Assembly: GCA_031459875.1 (NCBI GenBank)
Contig: JAVKHQ010000016.1
Coordinates: 1-64,000, forward strand
DNA: 64,000 nt
Reading direction: 5' to 3'
Source: Candidatus Fervidifonticultor sextus
GTDB taxonomy: Bacteria > Sysuimicrobiota > Sysuimicrobiia > Sysuimicrobiales > Humicultoraceae
Under the pieces are notes generated by a model. The model made no database searches, was not told the origin of the DNA, and saw only the letters and a program-made list of their open reading frames with translations. Both the position numbers and the translations under genes were made by a program. Of this stretch, positions 8,929-18,319 are shown one piece after another (positions within the stretch are counted from its first letter, which is position 1; every line of letters starts with the position of its first letter).

Positions 8929-9783
8929 GTGCCGACCACCGAGTGGCTCACGGACATGGGCGGGGAAGGCTTCGCGCACACGTACCGGATCGACGGGCTG
9001 CTCTACGACGGTCAGTCACCCTACCAGCGCGTCCGGGTCATCGAGAACGCCGACTTCGGCCGCATGCTCGTCCTCGATGATGCCGTGCAGACCACCGAGC
9101 GCGACGACTTCATCTACCACGAATTGCTGGCCCACGTCCCGCTGTGCACGCATCCGGCGCCCCGGCGGGCGCTCATCATCGGCGGCGGCGACGGAGGGCT
9201 GTTGCGGGAGATCCTGCGCCATCCGGTCGAGCACGTGACGATGGTCGAGCTGGATCGCACGGTTATCGAGGTCACGCGCCGGCTGATCCCCTCGATCCCC
9301 GGGCGCGCCTTCGAGGACCCCCGCACGCGCCTGCTGATCGAGGACGGCATCCGGTTCGTCGCAAACACCCGAGAATCGTTCGACGTGGCGATGGTGGATT
9401 CCACCGATCCCAAGGGTCCGTCGCTGGGGTTGTTTGCCGGCGAGTTCTACGGCGCCCTCGCCCGCCTGCTGGGGACGTCGGGGGTGCTGGCGGTCCAGAG
9501 CGGGTCGCCGCTGTACCAGCAGGACGTGATCGCCACCGTGCGCCGGGGGATGGACCCCCATTTCCGGTGGGTGCGGACCTACTGGGGCACGGTGCCGTCC
9601 TATCCCGGGACCCTGTGGACGTTCACGCTCGGGTCTCAGGTACGTGATCCGGCAGCCCTAGATGGGGCCGAACTGGCGCGCAGGATGGACGGCATCACCA
9701 CGCGGTACTACACGCCGGGGGCGCACCGCTGGCTGTTCGATCTCCCGCCGTTCTTCCGCGCCGCCGTCGAAGGACCGCCCTGA
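8929..9783 (+). CDS. speE: Polyamine aminopropyltransferase (spermidine synthase family)
   Basis: QSPYQ, FIYHE, IIGGGDGG, VELD, DSTDP. Confidence 0.95.
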   Translation: MPTTEWLTDMGGEGFAHTYRIDGLLYDGQSPYQRVRVIENADFGRMLVLDDAVQTTERDDFIYHELLAHVPLCTHPAPRRALIIGGGDGGLLREILRHPVEHVTMVELDRTVIEVTRRLIPSIPGRAFEDPRTRLLIEDGIRFVANTRESFDVAMVDSTDPKGPSLGLFAGEFYGALARLLGTSGVLAVQSGSPLYQQDVIATVRRGMDPHFRWVRTYWGTVPSYPGTLWTFTLGSQVRDPAALDGAELARRMDGITTRYYTPGAHRWLFDLPPFFRAAVEGPP

Positions 9784-10601
9784 TGCCGTTTTTGGGGGCG
9801 CGGCCGCATCCGGCGCCCGCCGCCACCGTCATCGGCGCCCCCTACGATGCCACGGCGTCTCACCGCCGCGGGGCCGCCGCGGCGCCGGCGGCGATCCGGT
9901 GGATGTCGGGCAGCCTGGAGACCTACAGCCCGGCGCAGGAGCGCGACCTGGAAGACCTGGCATTCGCCGACGCCGGCGACCTGGACCTGGCCGACTGCGC
10001 CCCCGAGGCGATGATCGAGCGCGTGGAGGCGGCCGTGGCAGGGGCCGCGGGCCTCCCGATGCTGCTGGGCGGCGAGCACACCGTGACCGTGGGCGCCGTG
10101 GAGGCCCTCGCCGGGCGCCACGCCGACCTGGCCGTGGTCCTGCTGGACGCGCACCTGGACCTGCGCGACGCCTACGAAGGGCAGCGGTGGTCGCACGCTA
10201 CGGCGGTCCGACGCATCGCCGAGCGGGTCGGGATGGACCGAATCGCCGTGCTGGGCGCCCGGTCCGGGACGCGCGGCGAGTGGCAGGCGGCTGAGGCGCT
10301 CGCCGTCTGCAGCCGGACCGCGACGGTGACAACCGCGGCCTGGGCCGCGCTGGCGTCGCGTCCCCTCTACCTCTCGGTGGACATCGACGCCTTCGATCCG
10401 GCGCTGGCCCCCGGTGTCGGAAACCCTGAGCCGCTGGGCCTTGCCGTCGAGGACTTCACGACCCTGCTGTCCGTCCTCCGGGAAGCCCGGGTCGTCGGCT
10501 GCGACCTCGTCGAGGTCTGCCCGCCGTTTGACCCCTCCGGGCAGACCGCGACCCTGGCCGCCTGGCTGGTCCGCGAGATGCTGCTGGCCTTCGTGCGGTA
10601 G
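9783..10601 (+). CDS. speB: Agmatinase / ureohydrolase
   Basis: GGEH, DAHLD, SHAT, DIDAFDP, CDLVEV. Confidence 0.92.
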   Translation: MPFLGARPHPAPAATVIGAPYDATASHRRGAAAAPAAIRWMSGSLETYSPAQERDLEDLAFADAGDLDLADCAPEAMIERVEAAVAGAAGLPMLLGGEHTVTVGAVEALAGRHADLAVVLLDAHLDLRDAYEGQRWSHATAVRRIAERVGMDRIAVLGARSGTRGEWQAAEALAVCSRTATVTTAAWAALASRPLYLSVDIDAFDPALAPGVGNPEPLGLAVEDFTTLLSVLREARVVGCDLVEVCPPFDPSGQTATLAAWLVREMLLAFVR

Positions 10602-11540
10602 TCAGCGCCTCCAGACCTGCCGGAACACCCGCAGCGCGTTGCCGCCCAGGATCTTGCGAATCTGCTCGGGGGGGTACCCTCGCGCCAGCAGGCCGGCCGT
10701 CAGGCTGGGCAGCCGTGAGACGTCCTCCAGCCCCTCGGGCGCCTGGGAGATCCCGTCGAAGTCCGAGCCCAGCGCGACGTGATCCGGGCCCATGACCTTC
10801 ACCATATGATCGATGTGGTCGAGCACCCGCTCCAGCGTCGGCTGGCCCAGGAACCCCGGATAGAAGTTCACCCCCACGACCCCGCCGCGGGCGGCGATGG
10901 CGCGCAGTTGCTCGTCGGTGAGGTTGCGCGGATGAGGGTGCAGCGCCGCCGCGTTCGAGTGGGAGGCGATGAGCGGCCCGCGGGTGGCGCGGATCATGTC
11001 CCAGAACGCCGCTTCGGAGAGATGCGAGGCGTCGGGGACCATCCCCAGGTCTTCCATGCGGCGCAGTACCGCGCGACCGAAGTCGGTCAGTCCGCCGTGA
11101 CGGCGCCCGAGGGCGCCATCGCCGAGGGCGTTGCTCGGGTTCCAGGTCAGCCCCAGCAGGCGGACGCCGAGGCGGTAGAACTCATCGAGGACCGCCAGGT
11201 CGCCCCCCAGGGCATCCCCGTTCTCTATGGAGAGGACGGCGGCGATCTTGCCCTCTTGCTGCGCCCGTTCGATCCCCTCCACCGTGGTCACGCTGACCGC
11301 CTGGTCGGCGTGCGCGGAGATCGCCACATGGAAGGCCTGGATCAATTCGCGGGCCCGGGCCGGGCCGCGGGCCGCCAGGGCCGGCGCCACGTACACCGCG
11401 AAGACCTGCACGTCCACCCCGCCGTCGCGCAGGCGCGGCAGGTCCACGTGCCCCTTCGCCGACCGCTCCCCGAGCCGGCGCTTTCCGGCATGAATATCAA
11501 GAAGGGTATCGCAGTGCAGGTCGACCACCAGTGCGGACAT
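10602..11540 (-). CDS. Membrane dipeptidase family (M19); possible N-terminal extension to 11711
   Basis: DLHCDT, SIENG, DASHLS, ASHSN, RNLTD, GSDFDG; GGAGG RBS before ATG 11540. Confidence 0.9.
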   Translation of the reverse strand: MSALVVDLHCDTLLDIHAGKRRLGERSAKGHVDLPRLRDGGVDVQVFAVYVAPALAARGPARARELIQAFHVAISAHADQAVSVTTVEGIERAQQEGKIAAVLSIENGDALGGDLAVLDEFYRLGVRLLGLTWNPSNALGDGALGRRHGGLTDFGRAVLRRMEDLGMVPDASHLSEAAFWDMIRATRGPLIASHSNAAALHPHPRNLTDEQLRAIAARGGVVGVNFYPGFLGQPTLERVLDHIDHMVKVMGPDHVALGSDFDGISQAPEGLEDVSRLPSLTAGLLARGYPPEQIRKILGGNALRVFRQVWRR

Positions 11541-11647
11541 GTGCACCTCCAGAGGGAGGGATGCTCCGGGGGACGAGCGGGCGGGCGCCCGGGCCAGGAG
11601 GTCGCGCGCAGGGTCGGAGGAGGCCGCCCACAGCGCAGCGGCAGCCA

Positions 11648-11962
11648 TCAGCCAGAGCGCGCCGACAGGGGCGGGGAGTCTGCTCCGCAGGTGCACGGAC
11701 TGGCCCCGCACTTCGGGCAGCCGGCCGCGTAGCGGGCGGCTGCCCGCGCCGCGTCAACCCCGCACAGGGACGCCACCGTGACGGTCCAGGCGAGCACATC
11801 GCCGATCTCCGCCTCGATGCGCGCCCGGTCGCCTCCCCGGAGGGCCCGGGCCAGTTCGCCGATCTCCTCCACCAGCCAGCCAAACGTGGCATCGAGCCCG
11901 CGGGCCCGGTCCCGGGCGCCGTAGGTCATCTCAATCCGCTGCTGGAACTCGCGCAGGGTCAC
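11648..11962 (-). CDS. MazG-like nucleotide pyrophosphohydrolase with C-terminal CPKC..PCTC motif
   Basis: WLVEEIGELA...EAEIGDVLAW; GTGA overlap with upstream gene. Confidence 0.85.
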   Translation of the reverse strand: MTLREFQQRIEMTYGARDRARGLDATFGWLVEEIGELARALRGGDRARIEAEIGDVLAWTVTVASLCGVDAARAAARYAAGCPKCGASPCTCGADSPPLSARSG

Positions 11963-12999
11963 GGCCGGGCCGTCACGGCGGACGCAAGGGCCACCAGCTC
12001 GCCCAGCGACAATGGTCCGACCAGGGCCAGCCTGGTCCCCTGGGACTCCCACTGAACCAGCCGGATGGCGCCTGCCACGACCGTGCGGCCGCCGGGCCCC
12101 AGGCCCAGGACCCGATCGCCCCGGCCCGGCGGTCCCATCCGGGCCGCCGGTGCCACAAACAGAACCAGCCAGCGCGCGCCGTCCGCGTACCGCAGGGAGG
12201 CCGCCGTCACCGGTCCGTTGCGGACGGGCACGCCGCCCTGCAGGCTGAACCCTCCCGGCAGCGCCCCGGGCGCCCTGATCGGAAAACCGAGCGACCGTTC
12301 CAGCACCGGGAGCGGCAGCAGCGGCCCCGGCGGGGCCGCCTGACCGACCACCCGCGCTCCCGCCGGCACCCGCGGCTGAAACAGCGCCGCCGGCAGATTG
12401 AGGCCGAAGCTGATCCGCGTGAAGTACGCGGCCACCACCAGCCCTTCTTCGGGATCCCGTTCTTCCAACCGCAGGGCCACACCGGTCGTGCGGTCGACCC
12501 ACAGCCGGCGCTCCCGCCGGCCGTGTCGGGGCAGGAGGCTGATGACGACAGTCGGTCGACCGATCACCTCCTCCACCCCGAGTACCCGGATGTGGTACCG
12601 ACGGGGATCGAAGGTGGTGGCCGCACCGGCCGGCGGGCTCAGGCTCGGCCCAAGGAAGACCATGTGCCATCGGGGCTCGTAGTGCCAGGTCTGCGTGCCG
12701 TCGTCGATGACCAGCCGGCCGGCCACGCCGTCGGGGGACAGGAAATCCAGCCGCGTCCGGCCGGGCCGCTTCTGGGCTTCGTTCACGGTGACCGTCTCCA
12801 TGAGGTCCCCGCGCAGGACCGAGAGGATCTTGGTCCCCTCGTAGTCCACGATCTGGGGAGCCAGCGCGGCGTGGCGCAGGACCTGCTCGACGGTGACGCC
12901 GCCCAGCAGGGACTCCTCCCGCCCCTGGGAGGCGGCCGGCACGGCAAAGGCGGCCGCGGCCAGCCAGATCAAGCCTAAGGCGAGCACGGCGTGTCTCAT
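11959..12999 (-). CDS. RseB/MucB-like (LolA-fold) sigma-E regulatory protein
   Basis: Signal peptide, DYEGT, RLDFLSP, IDDGTQTWHYEP, LWVDRTTG; position after anti-sigma factor. Confidence 0.75.
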   Translation of the reverse strand: MRHAVLALGLIWLAAAAFAVPAASQGREESLLGGVTVEQVLRHAALAPQIVDYEGTKILSVLRGDLMETVTVNEAQKRPGRTRLDFLSPDGVAGRLVIDDGTQTWHYEPRWHMVFLGPSLSPPAGAATTFDPRRYHIRVLGVEEVIGRPTVVISLLPRHGRRERRLWVDRTTGVALRLEERDPEEGLVVAAYFTRISFGLNLPAALFQPRVPAGARVVGQAAPPGPLLPLPVLERSLGFPIRAPGALPGGFSLQGGVPVRNGPVTAASLRYADGARWLVLFVAPAARMGPPGRGDRVLGLGPGGRTVVAGAIRLVQWESQGTRLALVGPLSLGELVALASAVTARP

Positions 13000-13490
13000 C
13001 GAACCGGTCCCCTCGGGTCCTCCCCGACCAGACGAATGCTGGCGTCGGTCCTCACCAGGCCCAGGAAGGCCCGATCCATGAACGGGTCCTCTGCGGCGGC
13101 CTGCGTGGCTGCCTGGAGGAACAGATCCGGCCCCACCTCGGCCGCCCGCAGACGGTCCAGGTGACCCCGGACCGCCGGCACGGCGATGAGCACGACCGCC
13201 AGGGCCGCCGCCGCGAGGGCCACCGCAGGTCGAGGCCACCAATGCCATCGGGCCGGCCGCCACAACGCGTCGCGCGCGAGACGGGCCCGCAGGCCTTCCG
13301 CGAAGTCTGCAGGCAGAGGCGGGGGCTTAAGGCGCTGAAGCAGCCGCTTCGTGGCGCGCATGGCCTCCAGGTCTTCGCGGCAGTCCGCGCACCCGTCCAG
13401 ATGGCCGCGCACTTCCGCCATCTCGTCCGGCGAAAGTTCGCCGTCGAGGTAGGCACTCAGCTGTCGCGCGATGCGGTGGGGGGCGCTCAT
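12996..13490 (-). CDS. Zinc-finger (zf-HC2) transmembrane anti-sigma factor
   Basis: LSAYLDGEL...HLDGCADC followed by one TM helix. Confidence 0.9.
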   Translation of the reverse strand: MSAPHRIARQLSAYLDGELSPDEMAEVRGHLDGCADCREDLEAMRATKRLLQRLKPPPLPADFAEGLRARLARDALWRPARWHWWPRPAVALAAAALAVVLIAVPAVRGHLDRLRAAEVGPDLFLQAATQAAAEDPFMDRAFLGLVRTDASIRLVGEDPRGPVR

Positions 13491-14071
13491 GGCTCGTGCA
13501 GACCGGCGCGCAGGGATGCCAGGCGTTCGCGGAGCGTCCGGCGCGCCCGGTGGAGCCGCGACTTCACCGTGCCGATCGGGATGCCCAGCATGGTGGCGAT
13601 TTCCTCATACGCATACCCTTCGATGTCAGACAGCACCACCACCATCCTCTGGTCCGGCGCCAGGCTCATCAGCGCGTCCTGGACCCGTCGATCCAGGGTG
13701 GCCTCAAGCACGGCGCGCTCCACGTCCACCGACGCATCGGGCCGCTCGCGCACCAGGTCGCCCGACGGTGTCGCCATCGGCTCATCCAGGGAGTGCACGA
13801 GCACGCCGCGGCGCCGGCGCAACAGATCAATGTGGAGGTTTGAGACGATGCGATAGAACCACCCCTCCAGGCGCGTGCCTGGCGCCACCCGGTCCAGCGC
13901 CCGCCAGACACGGAGAAAAGCCTCCTGGGCCAGGTCGCGGGCGTCGGCCTCGTTGCCGGTCAATCGGTAGGCGATGGCGTACACGTGCCGACTGTACTGT
14001 GCGACGAGGTCCTCAAACTGCGCATGTGCGTCCGGGGGCCCCTCCAGCCGCCTCGGCTCACGTGGCGCCAC
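13487..14071 (-). CDS. ECF RNA polymerase sigma factor
   Basis: DARDLAQEAFLR, WFYRI, YEEIATMLGIPIGTVKSRLHRAR. Confidence 0.95.
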   Translation of the reverse strand: MAPREPRRLEGPPDAHAQFEDLVAQYSRHVYAIAYRLTGNEADARDLAQEAFLRVWRALDRVAPGTRLEGWFYRIVSNLHIDLLRRRRGVLVHSLDEPMATPSGDLVRERPDASVDVERAVLEATLDRRVQDALMSLAPDQRMVVVLSDIEGYAYEEIATMLGIPIGTVKSRLHRARRTLRERLASLRAGLHEP

Positions 14072-14104
14072 GCCCCACCTGCGGGCGCCGCATCCCCCTG
14101 TTGG

Positions 14105-14130
14105 TACGCTCGGGGGGTCGGCGCGGTTCC
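14105..14130 (-). promoter_or_regulatory. Putative autoregulatory ECF promoter GGAACC-N16-CGTA
   Basis: Matches the AAC/CGT consensus of SigW/RpoE-type promoters, directly upstream of the ECF gene. Confidence 0.6.
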
Positions 14131-14131
14131 C

Positions 14132-14770
14132 TCATTCCAGCCGGAGGACCGGCTCCAACCGACGGAGCAACTTCGGACCAATCCCCTGGACCTCCAGGAG
14201 GTCGTCCAGCCGTCGGAACAGGCCTCTGGCCTCGCGATGTGCCACGATCCGACGTGCCAGCACCGGTCCGACTCCGGGCAGGCGCTCGAGGTCCGCCGCG
14301 GTCGCCGTGTTCACGTTCACCGTTCCGGATGGCTCCCCTGCCGTCCCCGCCGCAGGCGCAGGGCCGGATGGGCCCGCCACCTCCCGACCGGTCGGCGGCC
14401 GAGCCTGCCCGGCCGGGAAGGGGTAGGGCGGCTGCTGGATCCGAGGGATCAGGACCCGGTCCCCGTCGCGCAGGGGCGCGGCGAGGTTGACCCGGCCGAG
14501 ATCGGCCAGGAGCGTGGGGCCGTGCGCCGCGAAGAGCGCGTCCTGGACGCGGGATCCGGCCTTGAGGACGTAGAGCCCCGGCCAGAGGACCTCTCCGGCC
14601 ACATGGACGCTGACCAGCGCGGCTTGGGGCTGGCTCTCCACCTTCACCGGCTCGGGCGGCCGGCCCGCCCTCAGGACGACGAGGGCCCCCAGGACCAGCG
14701 CGGCCGCCAGGCCGGTCAGCGCCAACTGTTCGGGACGCTCGATGACGATCACCCCCTCCTCCCGGTCCAT
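14132..14770 (-). CDS. comEA: ComEA family DNA-binding protein (SLBB + helix-hairpin-helix)
   Basis: VHVAGEV..PGLY, VNVNTAT..LERLPGVGP, LLEVQGIGPK. Confidence 0.9.
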   Translation of the reverse strand: MDREEGVIVIERPEQLALTGLAAALVLGALVVLRAGRPPEPVKVESQPQAALVSVHVAGEVLWPGLYVLKAGSRVQDALFAAHGPTLLADLGRVNLAAPLRDGDRVLIPRIQQPPYPFPAGQARPPTGREVAGPSGPAPAAGTAGEPSGTVNVNTATAADLERLPGVGPVLARRIVAHREARGLFRRLDDLLEVQGIGPKLLRRLEPVLRLE

Positions 14771-14821
14771 CGGCAGGACCAAAGCGGGGGTGCGGGGGGA
14801 GGGACACGCCGACCAGCTGGC

Positions 14822-17269
14822 CTATCGGACGACCACGTTGACCAGCCGCCCCGGGACCACGATCACGTCGGTCACGGTCTTCCCGTCCAGGTACTGGCGG
14901 ACCCTGGGGCTGGCCAGGGCCACCTCGCGCGCCTGCTGATCGCTGATGGCGGCCTCCACCTCCACGCGGTCGCGCACTCGACCGTTGACCTGCAGGACGA
15001 GCGTGATCCGCTCGGCGGCAGCCTTCTGCGGGTCGTAGGCGGGCCACGGCTGCAGATGCACGCTGTAGGGCTGCCCCAGGTGCTCGACCCACAGTTCCTC
15101 CGCGATGTGCGGGCACAACGGAGCCAGCAGCAGCACCAGCGTGCGGATCGCCTCCTCCCACAGCGGATCCTCCGCCAGCGGCGTCCCCTTGATCCGCTGC
15201 AGGGTGTTGGCAAACTCCATCAGCGCGGCGATCGCCGTGTTGAATCGGAAACCCTCGATGTCATCGGTCACACGGCGGACGGTGCGATGGATCCAGTACT
15301 CCAGGTCTCGAGGCCGCAGGTGGTCGGTGGGCTCCCGCACCGGCTTCGCAGGCTCGGTGACGAGCGCCCACACCCGAGCCAGGAAGCGCGCGATCCCTTC
15401 GATACCCCGAGGGTTCCAGGGCCCTCCCTCGTCCCATGGACCGATGAACATCAGGTAGGCCCGCAGCGTGTCGGCGCCGTACTGCTGCACGATCTCGTCG
15501 GGGTTGACCACGTTGCCGCGCGACTTGCTCATCTTGTTGCCGTCGGCGCCCAGGATGGTCCCCTGGTTGAACAGGCGGATCATCGGCTCGTCGAACTCCA
15601 CCAGCCCCAGATCCCGCATCACCTTGGTCCAGAAGCGCGTGTAGAGCAGGTGCATCACGGCGTGCTCGACCCCGCCGGTGTACTGGTCCACAGGCAGCCA
15701 GTACCTGGCCTTCTCGGGGTCGAACGGCCGCTGCTCATCGTGCGGGCTCAAATAGCGGTACTGGTACCAGGAGGAGTCGACGAACGTGTCCATGGTGTCC
15801 GTCTCGCGCCTGGCCGGGGCCCGACAGCGGGGGCAGGCGACGTTGAGGAACCCCTGGTGATACCGTAGCGGCGACTCGCCGGTTGGTCGGAACTCGGCAT
15901 CCTCGGGGAGCACCACCGGCAGGTCCTCGTAGGGCACCGGGACCGTCCCGCACTGCTGGCAGTAGATGATCGGGATGGGGGTGCCCCAGTAGCGCTGCCG
16001 ACTGATCAGCCAGTCGTGCAGGCGGTAGTTGACCTTGCGCTCACCGATGCCGCGCGCCACCATGTCGTCGGCGATGCGCTCCCAGCCCACATCGGAGGGC
16101 AGACCGTCGTAGGGTCCCGAGTTCACCATGGTGCCCGGGCCCAGATAGGCCTCCCGCAGCGGGCTGCCGTCCCATCCCGGAGGCGCGATGACCACCGGGA
16201 TGGGCAGCCCGTACTTGCGGGCGAAGTCGAAGTCGCGCGCATCGTGCGCCGGGACGCCCATGATGGCGCCGGTGCCGTACGTCAGCAGCACGTAGTCGGC
16301 GACGTAGATAGGCACCGGCGCCTGATTCATCGGGTTGATAGCGTAGGACCCGATGAACACGCCGTCCCGCTCCTTCTCGGTCGACTGCCGCTCGATGTCG
16401 GACTCGCGCGCGGCCTTGTACTGGTAGGCCTCGACCTCCCCCCGGCGGTCCGGGGTCGTCAGGACATCCACCAGGGGGTGCTCGGGCGCCAGCACGCAGA
16501 ACGTCATCCCGAAGACGGTGTCGGGCCGGGTGGTGAAGACGCGGAAGGACGCCCCGGGCCGACCCTGGACGGAGATCGCGAACTCGACCCCGCGGCTGCG
16601 GCCGATCCAGTTGGTCTGCAGCGTGCGGACCCGTTCGGGCCAGTCGATCTTGGAGAAGTCCAGCAGTTCATCGGCATACGCCGTGATCCTCAGGAACCAC
16701 TGCTCCAGGTTCTTCTTGACCACGGGTGTCCCGCACCGCTCGCAGACCCGCTCCTCCCCCACCACCTGCTCGCGGGCGAGCGTCGTGTTGTCCTTGGGGC
16801 ACCAGTCGACCGGGGCGAGGGCGCGGTAGGCCAGACCGCGTTCGTACATCTTCAGGAAGAACCACTGGTTCCACTTGTAGTAGGACGGATCGCAGGTGAC
16901 GATCTCGCGCTCCCAATCCCACATGGCCCCCATGGAACGCAGCTGGCGGCGCATCCGGTCGATGTTGTCCATGGTCCACCGGTAGGGGTGGATCCCGCGC
17001 TCGATGGCCGCGTTCTCCGCCGGCAGGCCGAACGCATCGAATCCCATGGGGAGCATGACGTTGTAGCCACGGCGGCGCTTGTAGCGGGCCACCGCATCGG
17101 AGGGCGCCATGGGGTACCAGTGGCCCACATGGAGGTCGCCGGAGGGATACGGGTACATGGTCAGCAGGTAGTACTTGGGGCGCGGATCGAAGTCCGGCGC
17201 GTGGTGCAGCCGGTCGGCTTCCCACCGGGCCTGCCACTTACGTTCAATGGCCGACGGATCGTACCGCAT
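14822..17269 (-). CDS. leuS: Leucine--tRNA ligase
   Basis: MYPYPSGDLHVGH (HIGH), DWLISRQRYWGTPIP, KMSKS, LQVNGRVR. Confidence 0.98.
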   Translation of the reverse strand: MRYDPSAIERKWQARWEADRLHHAPDFDPRPKYYLLTMYPYPSGDLHVGHWYPMAPSDAVARYKRRRGYNVMLPMGFDAFGLPAENAAIERGIHPYRWTMDNIDRMRRQLRSMGAMWDWEREIVTCDPSYYKWNQWFFLKMYERGLAYRALAPVDWCPKDNTTLAREQVVGEERVCERCGTPVVKKNLEQWFLRITAYADELLDFSKIDWPERVRTLQTNWIGRSRGVEFAISVQGRPGASFRVFTTRPDTVFGMTFCVLAPEHPLVDVLTTPDRRGEVEAYQYKAARESDIERQSTEKERDGVFIGSYAINPMNQAPVPIYVADYVLLTYGTGAIMGVPAHDARDFDFARKYGLPIPVVIAPPGWDGSPLREAYLGPGTMVNSGPYDGLPSDVGWERIADDMVARGIGERKVNYRLHDWLISRQRYWGTPIPIIYCQQCGTVPVPYEDLPVVLPEDAEFRPTGESPLRYHQGFLNVACPRCRAPARRETDTMDTFVDSSWYQYRYLSPHDEQRPFDPEKARYWLPVDQYTGGVEHAVMHLLYTRFWTKVMRDLGLVEFDEPMIRLFNQGTILGADGNKMSKSRGNVVNPDEIVQQYGADTLRAYLMFIGPWDEGGPWNPRGIEGIARFLARVWALVTEPAKPVREPTDHLRPRDLEYWIHRTVRRVTDDIEGFRFNTAIAALMEFANTLQRIKGTPLAEDPLWEEAIRTLVLLLAPLCPHIAEELWVEHLGQPYSVHLQPWPAYDPQKAAAERITLVLQVNGRVRDRVEVEAAISDQQAREVALASPRVRQYLDGKTVTDVIVVPGRLVNVVVR

Positions 17270-17295
17270 CGTCATCCCCCGCAGGACCGGATCGC

Positions 17296-18225
17296 TCACC
17301 GCGCCGGGACGGGCACCGGCGTCAGCCAGCCGTGCCGGTCGGGAAGCCGGCCTTCGGTGATGCCGAAGAACTGCTCCTGGAGCCGCACGGTGACCGGGCC
17401 CCGGCGGCCCGGTCCGATGGGCTGGCGGTCCACCGACCGGATCGGCGTGATCTCCGCCGCGGTCCCGGTGAAGAAGGCCTCGTCCGCCACGTAGAGCATC
17501 TCCCGCGGGATCGCCATCTCGCGCACCTCGATCCCGAGGTCCCGGCACAGGGTCATCACCACCCCGCGCGTGACCCCGCCCAGGATCGAGGCCGCCAGCG
17601 GCGGAGTGTAGACGATCCCGTCGCGGACCAGGAACAGGTTCTCGCCGCTGCCCTCGCTGACGTACCCCTGCACGTCCAGGGCGATCCCCTCGGTGTACCC
17701 GTTGTCGACGGCCTCCATGACCACGAAGGCCGAGTTCACGTAGTTCCCGCCGATCTTGCCCATGCCGGGCAGAGTGTCAGGCGCCACCCGACGCCACGAA
17801 CTGACCATCACGTCCACCCCCTGCTCGATGGCCTCGGGACCCAGGTAGCGCCCCCACTCGAAGGTGAGGATCGCCACGTGCAGCGGGCAGGCGCGGTGGT
17901 CGACGCTGAGCGACTCCACGCCGCGAAAGGCCACCGGGCGGATGTAGCAACTCCGGTGCCCGTTGGCGCTGACGGTGTCGAGGACGGCACGCTCGAGGTC
18001 CGCCGCCGCATAGGGCAGCGCCATCCGGAAGATGCGACAGGAATCCTGGAAGCGCCGGAGGTGCGCGCCCAGGCAGAAGACCGCCGGCCCCGTCGCGGTC
18101 TCGTAGGCCCGGATGCCCTCGAAGACGCTCGATCCGTAGTGGACCACGTGCGAGGCCACGTGAATGCGCGCGTCGTCCCACGGAATCAACGTACCGTCCA
18201 TCCAGACCCGGCTCGCTCTCTGCAC
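17296..18225 (-). CDS. ilvE: Branched-chain amino acid aminotransferase
   Basis: HYGSSVFEGIRAY, KIGGNY (PLP lysine), EGSGENLF, GTAAEITP; GGAGGT RBS before GTG 18225. Confidence 0.95.
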   Translation of the reverse strand: MQRASRVWMDGTLIPWDDARIHVASHVVHYGSSVFEGIRAYETATGPAVFCLGAHLRRFQDSCRIFRMALPYAAADLERAVLDTVSANGHRSCYIRPVAFRGVESLSVDHRACPLHVAILTFEWGRYLGPEAIEQGVDVMVSSWRRVAPDTLPGMGKIGGNYVNSAFVVMEAVDNGYTEGIALDVQGYVSEGSGENLFLVRDGIVYTPPLAASILGGVTRGVVMTLCRDLGIEVREMAIPREMLYVADEAFFTGTAAEITPIRSVDRQPIGPGRRGPVTVRLQEQFFGITEGRLPDRHGWLTPVPVPAR

Positions 18226-18252
18226 TGCCGCCACCTCCACGAAGACAATGAT

Positions 18253-18280
18253 GCCGCCTCCACCCAAGGGCGAAGGCGGC
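18253..18280 (-). terminator. T-box expression-platform hairpin (terminator or sequestrator; no clear U-tract)
   Basis: GCCGCCTTCGCCC pairs with GGGTGGAGGCGGC and overlaps the antiterminator 3' strand; followed by ATCATTGTCTT. Confidence 0.65.
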
Positions 18281-18319
18281 CTCCGCGGTACCACCCCGGT
18301 TGACAGATGCCGCAGCGGC

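Noticed and set aside
18226..18294. ORF-track N-terminal extension of ilvE
   Set aside because: It runs through the T-box antiterminator and hairpin; the RBS supports GTG 18225
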